Positions 31,351 to 42,442 of a DNA stretch of 64,000 bases are shown in pieces; within the stretch, counting starts at the first letter, position 1; every line of letters begins with the position of its first letter. Source of the DNA: Cyanophora paradoxa CCMP329 (Eukaryota; Plantae; Glaucophyta). The position numbers were made by a program, and so were the translations under genes. Below the pieces are notes generated by a model that saw only the letters and a list, made by a program, of their open reading frames with translations, made no database searches and was not told where the DNA came from. The DNA is taken from the NCBI GenBank assembly GCA_004431415.1, contig QPMI01000568.1, forward strand, positions 52,183-116,182, given 5' to 3'.

Positions 31351-32133
31351 TTACAATCCCCTCTTATATCGCATCAACTTATTCGTGTGAACAGCGCTTT
31401 TAATCTCTTTCGGCGCTTCCTCCTTCTCAGGCGGTTTTAATTCATCTTCTTTCTTTTTTGGTTTGCGATGGAACCGAGGAAACTTAAAGTCTTTAACGAG
31501 TTCCGCTTTATCAACATAGTATTCCACCGAATAATTCGCAGAACTCCAAATGAGAAACTGATAGGAGTGAACGTATTCCTCAAACATCTTATAGAAAGCG
31601 TCTTTATCCCGCATGATATTGTATTCTTCTTCAATGGCTTCCAGTTCTTTGCGATTGGCGGCACTTAGGAACATTGCATAATCTGAATTGACGCGAATGG
31701 TTGAAGAAACCTTACGCAGTTTCTGAGTTATGCAGAAAATTGTAATCGCCGAGTGGCGGCCGCGCGAATACAGAGATCCAATAATTTTATCACGGGTAAG
31801 GTCTACAATCTCATTGTCTATAAGATCATCGAGAACAACACATAATTGATTAACGGGTTCTCCTTTCTCAATTTTCTCTTGTCTTTCATCGAGAAGTTTA
31901 GCGATGTAAGGCGCATCCCATTTACCGAGCTGTAATGTTGCGACATCATCCCAAAAATGATTGAATGATGTCCCACTTATAACAAGAACAACATCTAACT
32001 TTTTCGCATCGTGAAGTTGTTTTAGCCAATACTTCACCGCTTCTGACTTGCCCGTCGCGCTTTTTCCGATTGCTAATACGCGAAAAGGGGGTTTAATCAT
32101 CTCAGCAGCATTAAATTCGGGAACGTCAGACAT
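31351..32133 (-). CDS. A32-like genome packaging ATPase
   Basis: Walker A GKSATGKS, Walker B VVLDD, RGRH and ITQ motifs. Start placed at MSDV, by comparison with element C. Confidence 0.92.
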   Translation of the reverse strand: MSDVPEFNAAEMIKPPFRVLAIGKSATGKSEAVKYWLKQLHDAKKLDVVLVISGTSFNHFWDDVATLQLGKWDAPYIAKLLDERQEKIEKGEPVNQLCVVLDDLIDNEIVDLTRDKIIGSLYSRGRHSAITIFCITQKLRKVSSTIRVNSDYAMFLSAANRKELEAIEEEYNIMRDKDAFYKMFEEYVHSYQFLIWSSANYSVEYYVDKAELVKDFKFPRFHRKPKKKEDELKPPEKEEAPKEIKSAVHTNKLMRYKRGL

Positions 32134-32200
32134 GGCGTAGTAGATTCTTCTTAATAAAGATAGATAAAAATAACGAAATCTTACTGATAATGGTTTAGAG

Positions 32201-33151
32201 TTAGAGAGAGATAAGGAATTGCTTAATGCACCGCTCAATATCGGTTTCTGTGTATGGGACTCTTAGAAGTTTGATGTTGTTGGCTTCACAATAGCGAGTT
32301 TTGATTTGGTCACGAATTTTAAGTTGCTCAAATGCTTCTTCTCCACCAAACACGTCAACAGGGCGAAAATGTTGCTGTCCGTCATATTCGATTGCAATTT
32401 TAAGCGCAGGTATATAGAAATCAAACGGGAGAGCCTTTGTTTTGCGGCAATCTTCGAATGTATACTGTCGCTTATAGTCAAATCCGATTTCATCCAACAC
32501 CTTTTCAATCGCGAGTTCACCTTTTGAGTTCTTGCAGCGGGGGCAACCTGTTTTTGAAAGGTGATTGCCCGGCGTTTGATCAAATTCCTGAAAGCATTTC
32601 AGACAGATTATGGTTACCTTTGTCTTTTTGTTGACATACTTCACTTTTGAATAATCGTAGCGGTCACCATGCAGTTCTTTGGCTTTTTCGATGAAAACTT
32701 CGGTGTTATCACGGCGGTGGTGTCCATTCTGATTAAGAAAGCAGGTTTTACAACCTTGTCCCCTCAAATGTGCATAACCTGCCTGTTCAAAAGTTTTGTT
32801 ACAAGTGTTGCACTTAATCGTAATTTTGGTTCTTGCATTGACATAATTAACGTGGGAATAATCATAGTTATTTCCGTGTATCTCTTTGGCTTGCTCTATG
32901 AAAAGATCTTGTGGTTTCTTTCGCTCATCATGCAGTTTCTTGTTTCTACAAGAAGGACAACCACCGTTATTTACTCTTTTAGCCATGCAAAGATGACTTC
33001 CAGCGTTTGTATCGAAATATTCATTACATGTCTTACAGAAAAGCGTTATTTTTGCATTATAAGATGTATAAAGCGCTCTATCGTATCCAAACTTATCACC
33101 ATGGGCGGTTCGGCTCTTGTCAATGAACTGTTCAATAGTAAGGGGTTTCAT
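32201..33151 (-). CDS. Zinc-ribbon-repeat protein with C-terminal Vsr/DUF559-like PD-(D/E)xK endonuclease (giant-virus-type homing-like nuclease)
   Basis: Three FIxKAxxxHGxxYDYS-CxxC-H-CxxC repeats, then SKGE...LPFDFY...IEYDGQQH...D..K..YC. Confidence 0.85.
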   Translation of the reverse strand: MKPLTIEQFIDKSRTAHGDKFGYDRALYTSYNAKITLFCKTCNEYFDTNAGSHLCMAKRVNNGGCPSCRNKKLHDERKKPQDLFIEQAKEIHGNNYDYSHVNYVNARTKITIKCNTCNKTFEQAGYAHLRGQGCKTCFLNQNGHHRRDNTEVFIEKAKELHGDRYDYSKVKYVNKKTKVTIICLKCFQEFDQTPGNHLSKTGCPRCKNSKGELAIEKVLDEIGFDYKRQYTFEDCRKTKALPFDFYIPALKIAIEYDGQQHFRPVDVFGGEEAFEQLKIRDQIKTRYCEANNIKLLRVPYTETDIERCIKQFLISL

Positions 33152-33249
33152 TGTTATTTAACAGTATACACCTTCTCTTTAAGTAGAAATCGATGATTAA
33201 AAAGGAATCATTTTTTGCAGATTTACGTAATAAAAACATACTTTTATGA

Positions 33250-34650
33250 TCATAGATTGATTCGCCTGACGCCATCGCGGTCAATTATGAGGAACGAATG
33301 CATGAGAGCGCGAACGTTAACAGTAATTGTGCGATCAGCAGGAAGATATAGAGTGAGGAATGATGAAGACGAGTTCGTAAGGTCAACATATCCAGATTGG
33401 GCAATGTTGCGAATCGCCTTCTCACCATCAACACAGAATGGGAATCCAGTAAGGACGTAACGGTTTGCTTCCTTGTCCATATTCGAGCATTTGAAGGCAT
33501 CGGCGATGAGTTCCGCACCTTTGAGTAGCGGGATCGGCTCCGTCGAATAAAGACGCTGTCCGTTGATCTCACAAGTCATCGTGATATCCTTCGCATTCGC
33601 AAGCGTTTTAAGGACGCTGTGAGAACCATTCGAGGTATCGACACCATCAGCATCACGAACAGAGACAAGAAGAGCATAAACCAGACCAGAGATTTGGCTA
33701 AGATTGATTCGGTTGGGTTGAGTGTTACCTTTCGCAGCAACACCAATAGCATCGACGAAACCGATATCGAGAGCAGGAATAGCCATCCCCGTGGTCTTAA
33801 CCTTCTCAATAACAGTTGCAAACAGTTCATCTGAAACGTTGATAGCATGCATGTAGAGACGAGGAGACTTAATGGAGATGTAATGGGTCATTGGTGGAAC
33901 AGTTCCAGCAACTTCGAACCCAGTAATACCGCCAGTGGTGATGTTTTGACCAACATTAGCAAGTGTAACGCTCGTAGCATTTCCAAGTCCATCATCTGAT
34001 GATTTATCCGCAGCAGTGGATCCAACAACCGGAAGAGAGCGACCACCATAAGAAGTTTCAAGGTAACCCTTGTTAGTTTCCTTAAACCACACAGTGATAA
34101 CGGCTTCGCCCGAGAGAGCGCCAAGTGGTAGGTAGTGGTTCAACCACGGCACCGGGATTTCAACAAAGAAAGCACCACCTTTACGGTTGGTTCCGTGAGC
34201 GGGAATACCATGAAGCATTCCCATTGAACGCTTCTTTTTCGCCAGTTGATCCTCGCTGTAATAAACCAGTGGGAAAATCGCAAGAAAATCGCTTGGGACG
34301 TGGTAGGTGTAAGAACCATACGAGAATTCAAGACGCTCTACAAGCGCACCAACGGGACGGGTGTAACCATTTCGCACAAGGTCGTCATCACCAGTAAAAG
34401 CGGTTAGTTCGGGAAGATCAAAAGCGAGTTCGATTTTACCAACAAAGTTGTAGCGGGGAAGTTTGAAAGAAACGCGTTGACCAACGTTGTTGTCATAGGT
34501 TGTCGAGGGACTAACGGTTACCAGAACGGGTTTCGTCTTCGATTCGAGACCAAGCATAAGCGAGTTATCGAGGAAGAACGCTTTGGCTTCCTCGGGCGTT
34601 GTTAGCGCCTCTTTCAGAGAAAGACGTTGAAGGGTCGAGGTAACATCCAT
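33250..34650 (-). CDS. Major capsid protein (double jelly-roll, NCLDV-like N-terminal motifs)
   Basis: 466 aa, beta-rich, next to the ATPase and minor capsid genes. GQRVSFKLPR...IELAFDLPEL...GALVERLEFSYG...VEIPVPW...LPLGAL pattern. Confidence 0.8.
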   Translation of the reverse strand: MDVTSTLQRLSLKEALTTPEEAKAFFLDNSLMLGLESKTKPVLVTVSPSTTYDNNVGQRVSFKLPRYNFVGKIELAFDLPELTAFTGDDDLVRNGYTRPVGALVERLEFSYGSYTYHVPSDFLAIFPLVYYSEDQLAKKKRSMGMLHGIPAHGTNRKGGAFFVEIPVPWLNHYLPLGALSGEAVITVWFKETNKGYLETSYGGRSLPVVGSTAADKSSDDGLGNATSVTLANVGQNITTGGITGFEVAGTVPPMTHYISIKSPRLYMHAINVSDELFATVIEKVKTTGMAIPALDIGFVDAIGVAAKGNTQPNRINLSQISGLVYALLVSVRDADGVDTSNGSHSVLKTLANAKDITMTCEINGQRLYSTEPIPLLKGAELIADAFKCSNMDKEANRYVLTGFPFCVDGEKAIRNIAQSGYVDLTNSSSSFLTLYLPADRTITVNVRALMHSFLIIDRDGVRRINL

Positions 34651-34704
34651 TCTGTTTTGCTTTTACTATACAAAAATATAAAAATTCTGTGAATGATCCT
34701 TAAT

Positions 34705-35709
34705 TTACGCGAATCCCGCAATATTTGGATAGAAGGGGTGGGTCTCTCTCATTCTCATTTTGAAATACTCATAAATTGGATCACCGGCGGGTTCATCACC
34801 ATAACGGATTTCGAATGTCAGATGCACAGGTTGACCTTCGAAATCAATTAATTCATTTTGAGCATTCACTACATCTACCGAGAGTTGTGATAGTGACATC
34901 TTCTTATTATAGTATTTATACAGCGGATTTGCTTCCGTCGAATTGTAAACAACGTGTTCCGCAAAGTCTTTATCTTGAACCGTGAGTTTATGGAAGTATC
35001 CAGTAAGGAGACCATCGGCACATTGGACGAGGTCACCCAGTTCTTTTACTCTCACAAAAAAGACGTTATCTTTGCAGGTTTCAGTGGGGAATGTTGAGAT
35101 AATACCGTTTACATTTGCACCTGTAAAAACGGAGCTTGTATCTGTTCCATAGGTCTGTGATTTAATAAACTTGTTTCCCCAGCGTCCAGCATCCAAACCC
35201 AAGATTCGAGCATGTCGTAGCGCTTTTTCGATTGCGGAAACAGAAGGATCTTTTGCATATGAGAAGCAAATATAGAACTCCATAGGAGCATAAAAGATTA
35301 CTTTTTTTTGGGTTACATCCCAACCACAGCGAATTGCAGAAGGAGGCGAGAGATTCTCAAAACGGTTATTGATTCGGGCAACGAGTTGCTGATGAGTATT
35401 GATTGGGGTTTTTAGACCTGCACCAGGTCTAATAGAACGCCAACTATCATATAGAATCTCAGGAGCATTTGCACCGGTGGATGTGGACTTTTGGCTGAAA
35501 TTGATAATAAAGGCATCCTCTATTGTTGCATCCCCAGGTTCTGTTTCACCACTAATGAGCGGGATGGAGTTATAGAATTCAGCGGAGACAAGGCGAACCG
35601 CTCTTACATTCTCATACGTCTTTGGGAGATCCGCAACAAACCGAGATGTTGGAGCATCCAGATTAGGTAGCGTTTTGAAGGAAGACACTTCAACGTATTC
35701 CACAGGCAT
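34705..35709 (-). CDS. Minor capsid protein (penton) 1
   Basis: LPKTYENVRAVRLVSAEFYNS and C-terminal LSQLSVDVVN...LIDFEG..VHLTFEI. Confidence 0.8.
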   Translation of the reverse strand: MPVEYVEVSSFKTLPNLDAPTSRFVADLPKTYENVRAVRLVSAEFYNSIPLISGETEPGDATIEDAFIINFSQKSTSTGANAPEILYDSWRSIRPGAGLKTPINTHQQLVARINNRFENLSPPSAIRCGWDVTQKKVIFYAPMEFYICFSYAKDPSVSAIEKALRHARILGLDAGRWGNKFIKSQTYGTDTSSVFTGANVNGIISTFPTETCKDNVFFVRVKELGDLVQCADGLLTGYFHKLTVQDKDFAEHVVYNSTEANPLYKYYNKKMSLSQLSVDVVNAQNELIDFEGQPVHLTFEIRYGDEPAGDPIYEYFKMRMRETHPFYPNIAGFA

Positions 35710-35737
35710 CTTCTTTTATCTATAACCATATAATAAA

Positions 35738-36640
35738 ATGATTCGGCTTGTCAATGTCGATAGTAGAGATCGATTAGATGGACAAAACGAAAACGCTTAC
35801 AAGGTCTCACTTACCACACCAATAACCAGACCGCGACAGTGTCGTATCTTGTATGCAGAGATTCCCAACAGCATTTATAATTCGATTCGAACCGATTATA
35901 TTATGATTCGTTATAACATTGGTGGTTTCATCCTTAACCAGCAAGTATTTCCGTTACCGAGTGGTTATATCAACCAAGGACACTTTGGAGTTACTCAACC
36001 ATATAATTACGGTTTAAACTACGAAGTTCTTGAAAATACATTCTTTAAGATATACTACAACCCGACAACATACAAGTTAGAATTTTATAGCAGCGTTCCA
36101 TTTGAAATAGCAGCGTCAAACAATAGAATCGCCAAACTACTTGGTCTGAGTTCTGCATTATTGGTAAGCCAGCAACATAATTTAGAAGATAACAGGTCTG
36201 TATTTGCTCCTGAGAATTACTTATCCTATGCAGGAAGACCAATAACACCTGATCACCCACAATGGGGAATAACGTTTGATGGTGCAGATCCGGTGCCGTT
36301 GCAACATAAAGCAACAAGTCCAAAGATGGCGGATATGAACGCTGAGCAATACTTGTATATGCATATCAAAGAACTCTCTTCTTTTGCATCGAACCACAAT
36401 ATAGTCCCGAAATCGCAACCGCAGAATCAAGGCGCGATCTTGCGATTACAATTGAGTCAGGACATCGGGAAGTATGTTTACCATAGCGGAGAGCATGGTG
36501 AATACATAAAAATAACAGACAAAAACCTTGTTATTCGTGAATTAACAGTTGAATTTCGTGATTATTTTGGTGATCTTGTAGATATGAATGGTATCGATAA
36601 TTCGTTTCAGTTGGAGTTTGTAGCTATTGGATACGATTAA
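35738..36640 (+). CDS. Minor capsid protein (penton) 2
   Basis: VNVDSRDR...ILYAEIPNS and C-terminal IRELTVEFRDYFGDLVDMNGIDNSFQLEF. Confidence 0.82.
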   Translation: MIRLVNVDSRDRLDGQNENAYKVSLTTPITRPRQCRILYAEIPNSIYNSIRTDYIMIRYNIGGFILNQQVFPLPSGYINQGHFGVTQPYNYGLNYEVLENTFFKIYYNPTTYKLEFYSSVPFEIAASNNRIAKLLGLSSALLVSQQHNLEDNRSVFAPENYLSYAGRPITPDHPQWGITFDGADPVPLQHKATSPKMADMNAEQYLYMHIKELSSFASNHNIVPKSQPQNQGAILRLQLSQDIGKYVYHSGEHGEYIKITDKNLVIRELTVEFRDYFGDLVDMNGIDNSFQLEFVAIGYD

Positions 36641-37241
36641 CTATTGGGATATATGGTTTGAAGATATCAGCGACAACACCATTCTGATCCTCTGTATACC
36701 ATCTGTTGTTTTCGCGAACCCAACGAGCGCCATTTTGTTTAAGGTATTTACGTAGAGTCGCTCGGTTCACAATCTTCCATCCATGCTCTTCAAACTTAGC
36801 ATGATAAGCACGAAGATCTCTTGGAATGTGGAAATAGTAACGTTCACGATGTTCTTCTTGTCCATAGCATATCCCAATTGCATTAATTACGTCATCGTGA
36901 GTCTTTGTAGTGTTGAAAAGAAGATCATGAAAATTAACAACAACGATGAAATCAAGTTCAGCATTACGCACTTCATTAAGATGGCTAAACTTACCATGAT
37001 CATTATAATTCACATGATTATAGAAGAACCGATCATCGCGAGTTCTCGCACAAATCCGATCCGAATTTCTCCGAAAATAACCAAAACAAACCATTTGATC
37101 CATTCCAGGATAAGAGTATGTTCCAATCTTTCGATGCAAAACCTCAATAGTTTCAGCAAGATCAAGAATATCCTTCACACCAAATCGCATTTCAGCAATC
37201 GGAACCGAGAAGATCGGCTCACCTTCGAAGAGATACGCCAT
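36624..37241 (-). CDS. Hypothetical protein with C-terminal DUF5710-like motif
   Basis: ATLRKYLKQNGARWVRENNRWY, similar to ASLRKYIKKQGAIYDPQYRLWY in element A. Confidence 0.65.
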   Translation of the reverse strand: MAYLFEGEPIFSVPIAEMRFGVKDILDLAETIEVLHRKIGTYSYPGMDQMVCFGYFRRNSDRICARTRDDRFFYNHVNYNDHGKFSHLNEVRNAELDFIVVVNFHDLLFNTTKTHDDVINAIGICYGQEEHRERYYFHIPRDLRAYHAKFEEHGWKIVNRATLRKYLKQNGARWVRENNRWYTEDQNGVVADIFKPYIPIVNRIQ

Positions 37242-37340
37242 GACACTGTATTACGTCTGAGAAAATCTTTTACCCGTTTTACTCTATACTATCGCTTCTT
37301 CCTTAAATCATTTTGGGTTGCCCACGAGCATCATTTTTTG

Positions 37341-38684
37341 AAAGTAAGACCTCCGTAATATCTAAATTGATAGATGAGAGAATAACAGAGATCTTTTCAG
37401 GGTTGGAGAAAGCGGAGAAGCAGATAGCAGCGCGATTTCCGAGTTAATCACACTGAGATTTTGAAGAAATATAACATGTATTATTGAATATCGTCATGTG
37501 TAACAGGTGTAACAGGTAAATCCCAAACTTCGCTCCTAGGGAGGCCAAAAACCCAAAACTTTGGGATTTACCTGTTACACCCGTTACACCTTGGGATTCA
37601 CCTGTTACACGTTGGGATTCATCCGTTACACCTTGGGATTCAACTGTTACACGTTGGGATTCATCCGTTACACCTTGGGATTCACCCGTTACACCTTGGG
37701 ATTCATCCGTTACACCTTGGGATTCACCCGTTACACCTTGGGATTCACCTGTTACACGTTGGGATTCACCTGTTACACATTGATTATCGATTGATTAATT
37801 GGACGTGTTACACTTGAAACACAATTTTGATACAGTAAAAAACAGAATCCAATCTCATCGATTGTTTAATTGGACATAATGCAACTCTGGGGTCATTTTT
37901 GATACAGTAAAAATCGAACCGCAATCTCATCGATTGTTTAATTGGACATAATGCAACTCTGGGGTCATTTTTGATACAGTAAAAATCGAACCGCAATCTC
38001 ATCGATTGTTTAATTGGACATAATGCAGTAACCATCCCTTCCAACAAAATACGCCGCAATCTCAACGATTGTTTAATTGGACATAATGCAGTAACGAGTG
38101 AATTATTTTCAACCGATATCTCATCGATTGTTTAATTGGACATAATGCAGTAGCCATCTAATCCAACAAAATACGCCGCAATCTCATCGATTGTTTAATT
38201 GGACATAATGCAACTCTGTGTGAATTTTTGCGTTTTCCGATAGAATGGGCGGTGGACTACTTCAATCGTGATTATATCAATCGTGATTATATCATAAATT
38301 TATGTTCCTTCAATCGAGATTATATCGAATTTGCATAAAATACATATTAATCGCGTTTATATCAATCGAAAAATACGTATTTTTCATTTTAATACAAATT
38401 AATCGCGTTTATATCAATAAATCAATCGAGAAATACGTAATTTATCAAAAATTTATATAATTTTTATAAAATCATAATTTAATTGATATTATACCAATTA
38501 ATTTAATCGAATTTATTTAAATTTAATTGATTTTATTAAAATTTTTGATTTATTTTTTAAATATTTTCGATTAATTTACACATAAATAAAAACAAATTTT
38601 AATCCTGAGCGACAGAGCGAAATGAGCGCGAAGCGCGAATTGAGCGATAGAGCGAGGGATTAAAATTTGTTTTTATTTATGTGT
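37341..38684 (-). repeat. Right TIR of element B (1,344 bp), including the last 35 codons of the SAM decarboxylase gene
   Basis: Reverse complement of 9935-11278. Confidence 0.95.
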
Positions 38685-38705
38685 GACATTGAAAGCTCAG
38701 CGCAC

Positions 38706-41700
38706 CATGGCGATGTAGCACGCGATGGCCTGTGTGCGGACGCGAAGGTTAGGCCTCAAGTCTTTGAATTCCAGCTGCAGCTAATTCAATGATTATTATT
38801 GTGAAAGATGCTCACCATCGCGACGAGGATGATCACAACCGCGCGAATCGTGAGCTGCATCCTGCACGATCGATGTCACGATCACGATCGCGCGTACGAC
38901 CCCGGCAAACATGCGGCACGATCCACGTGCATGCAGCTGAAGCTCCCGCGCATGTTTCATCGCACCTCTTGATGGAGGCGTTCTCGCCGGCGTGCGCGGC
39001 GATGCGGCGCTTGAGGCGGGCGAGCTTGCGGGCCCACTTGGCGCTCTTGCCGACGGCGTCCGAGCCGGCCACCGAGGTCTTGCGGCGTGATTGCGGGCCG
39101 GCCTCGTCGCCATCGTCGTTGTCGCGCTTGTCAGAGGCGGCGTCAGACCCGGGGGCAGTGCGGTGCGTCAGCCCGAAGACCTTCTCCTGCGGACGCCCGT
39201 CCATCTGTACGCTCCGCTTCCGGCTGTTGCTGGCCAGCGACCCGCTCGACGTGATCTTTGCCGCGTTCGCAGCCGCCGGCTGCGGTTGGGCCGGCGCCGG
39301 TTTTGACAGAGAGCGGAGGTCTGGACCCGCCTCCTCGCGATCGGCGACGCCGCTCGTCACCGGTACCCCGTTGGCGCTGCCGGCAAGCCACTGAGCGCTC
39401 TTGGAGATGGAACCGTTCCGCCCGAGTCTCAATTGATGATGATACGCCTGGCCGAGAACAATGAGAACTGATATCGAAACAACAGCACACGCATGAAGCG
39501 CTTCAAGGCTCACAGGCTCGAGCGCCTTTTGCGGAGCGACGGCGCCGGCGTCGCCGCGGGGCGCGCCCTGCATGACCTTGACGGTGACGCGGTACGCCTT
39601 GGGGGCCGCCTCCGACTCCGCGGCCTCCGCGGCCGGCCGCGACGTCTCCGAGCAGGCGACGAGGGCGACGACCTCCTCGCCCGCCTGCGCGGAGCGCGTC
39701 TGGAAACGCGGTCGCTCATCACAGCTTTCTTCTCGCGGTCGCACCTGGTTCTTGACGGTGAGCGACTGGCTGTGCCCGAGGAGCGCCTCGAGCGAGAAGG
39801 ACGGGATGAAGTCCCGGATCGGCATGCCCCGCAGCTTCTCGGGCTGCAGCCCGAACACCGCCGAGATCTGCTCCGGAGAGAGGTCGGACCGGAGGAGAGG
39901 TGGGGACCGGAGCAGTTAGCGTTACAGAATTTGCGCTCGCCTGCCAGTCGGCATCGACGACGTCGAGGTCCTTGTCGATGACGACCGACGCTTCGATCAT
40001 CTGTTGCCGTGGACGTCGACGTCACATCGCAAGCTCGAGCTCGAGCGGGTATGTGTACGGCAGAACAAACGAAGATTCGTAGCTCGAGCTCACCTTGATG
40101 CTGCCGCGCCCTCCAGAGGAGCGCTGGTGGTTGATGGCGCTGTAGGTTGCAGCGGCGTCAAAAGCAGTGCCGTTGTCGATTGAGGCCCGAGGCTGGTCGA
40201 TGCCTCCGATACCGCCGAGCCCGTGCCCGCCCCGCTGCCACGCCGCGATGCGGTCTTGCGCCTCGTTTGTGCTCGAGCGCCGCGGCTGCGGCTGCGGCTG
40301 CGGCTGCGGCGCTGGAGCTGGCGCCAGCGCCGGCGCAGCAGCAGCCGGAAGCTCTTGCTCGAGCTCCGGGTCGCTGTTTTCGTCTGCATGGCGGGCGCAG
40401 AAATCAGATCTGAAATGATTAGAGATTCCAAATGAAGTGGGCTTAATCCAGGCGGACCGGTACCGTCGACGTGACGCGTGGCGGGGGCGGTGAAAGAGCC
40501 GCCGAACTTGATCTGGCGATCGGAGCCGCCCTCTTAGAGCGAGCGACCAGAGTCTGAAACTTTGAAAGAAACGTGACGCACCCCCTTTGCAGAATTGTTC
40601 CCGGTCGTGCCCGGGGAGGGTCCGAAGCTGATCAGCTTGACGCTCGCGCTCTTGAACACGTTCGAAGTCGGCGCTGCTGCTGGCGCTGCTTCGATTTCGA
40701 GCATATGCATGCGTTCAGATATCGATCGATCGGAGAGAAGACGCAACTAAAACGGACGCACCGGCATTCAGGGCTGGCGGCGGTGGCTGCGGCTGGACGG
40801 GCGCGCCGCGGCTCATAAAGTTGCCGAAGCTCGCGATGCCGTTGGAAGCGGATTGCTCCGTGGCAAGGACCGAGCGGCCGTCGTCAGCGCCGACGTCCTC
40901 GCGGCCGCCGTCGTCGGAGAGGTCCTCCTGCGAGTCGACATCAAATTGGCGTGGGCAGAAAGCTTAAGGGACATTGCATCGAATATCAAAGCGCACGTCG
41001 AGCTTGAAGCGCGCGCCCTTCTGCTGAGCCGCCGCCGTCTCCTCGTACTCGTCTGCGCGTCATCGCGATCGGCCATCGGATTGGTCGACATCCGCCCGGG
41101 AAAACTTCGACTCGATTTCCGATCGCACGCACCGGCGGCGTCGTAGAGGTCCTGGGCGGCCTCGTTGTCGCGCAGCACCTCCTCGTGGAACTTGCCTGCG
41201 GAAGCCGAAGTGAATTACGTTTAATTTGTAAATGGGCCGAAGCTGGATGCTGAGGAAGCGGCGTCGGCGAGAGGCCGTTGGGAGCGCACCGTAGGATCGG
41301 AGGATGCGGGGGTTGTTCGGGTGCTGCGCGAGGAGCGACTTGTAGTGCTCCTGCGCCCGCGTCTCGTTGCTGCAATTGCAAGCGACGTCGACACGCGTCA
41401 GAGGCGCATGCGCAGGTGGTGGCGGCGGCTATAGCGACTGCAACGAGAATGGCCGGGGCCTCGCGCGGCGCACTAATCGATGGCGGCGACGGCCGACTCG
41501 AGTTTCGTGAGCGTCACGTCCTCCGACAGCAGCAGGCTCCAGAACCTGCGCGATCGAGCAATCAGCCGGCGCAGATGACGCCGTAGTGGATAAATATTTG
41601 TGCCCTCGCGGCTGCTCACTTGCGGAACGCGCGGACGGCGCCCTTGTGGAACCGCTTGGCGCCGACGATGTTCTTCTGGAACTCCAGGTGCGTGATGAGG

Positions 41701-42015
41701 GCCCTGCAGACGGATCAGCAAGACGGCGCGACGTGCACGTGGACTGCGATCGACAGCTGAAGCGCACTCGCTCAGATCGCCGCCGCTGTGTTTCGAGACA
41801 CTGCTCGCTATCGTGTTCATCGACTGAGTCTCCTGCAACCGATCCTGCTCCGCGCGGAAGATCCTGAAGTGCATGTCCTGCAGAGGCATCGATCATCAAA
41901 CATTGCTCCGGGTCCGGCCGGGCAATCTGCGGGTCCCGCGCCCGCGCACCAAGAAGGGCTCGAACTTGAGGGCCTCGGTGAAGAGGCGGTTGCCGGCCTG
42001 CTTGTTCTCGCTGTG
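38706..42015 (-). CDS. Upstream exons of the same host TmcB/TmcC-like PAS-domain gene (exon structure approximate)
   Basis: Helical TPR-like part (RLFTEALKFEPFL/DMHFRIF, FWSLLLSEDVTLTKLESAVAAID, LRDNEAAQDLYDAA), PAS-like part (IEASVVIDKDLDVV...N...FGLQPEKLRGMPIRDFIP), then ARLKRRI...ENASIKR and TM VVIILVAM/AIACYIAM. Short GTGCGC..CAG introns. Confidence 0.62.
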
Positions 42016-42110
42016 ACACATATTGAAAAACGAATTTAAATCCCTCGTTCATCTCGATCGCTTCGCGATCTCGATTCACTCTGGATTTAAATTCGTTTTT
42101 CAATATGTGT
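42016..42110. repeat. Terminal hairpin of element C: perfect 28-bp arms, 39-nt loop
   Basis: ACACATATTGAAAAACGAATTTAAATCC (42016-42043) and its exact reverse complement (42083-42110). Confidence 0.95.
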
Positions 42111-42442
42111 TAATTTAATACTAAAATACATATTTATCGATTAATTTCTTTAACTTTTTATGCAAACTTTGTATAAATTAATGCAAACTTCGTATTAAAA
42201 ATGATAAACGCGTTTAATTTAATGCATATTCACGATTGATTCAATCGATATTATATCGATAAATTATGTTCTTTGTCGATTACATATATAACTTCGATTG
42301 ATTAACATTAAACTACTTAAAGAACGATATAATCGCGATTAATTCGCATAAATTCGCATAAATTCGCATAAACTCGATATATCTCATCGGTATTGAAGTA
42401 GACCACCGCCCATTTTGTATCGGAAAACGCAAAAACTGTCAC

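Larger units (their letters stand above)
9935..38684. mobile_element. Element B: complete endogenous Polinton-like virus, 28,750 bp
   Basis: 1,344-bp TIRs, 6-bp TSD, rve integrase, pPolB, primase-helicase, packaging ATPase, and major and minor capsid genes. Confidence 0.95.

Noticed and set aside
40282-40345. (CGGCTG)n and (GCA)n runs, and the (GC)n run at about 8372-8393
   Set aside because: Ordinary low-complexity or microsatellite sequence in GC-rich host DNA.
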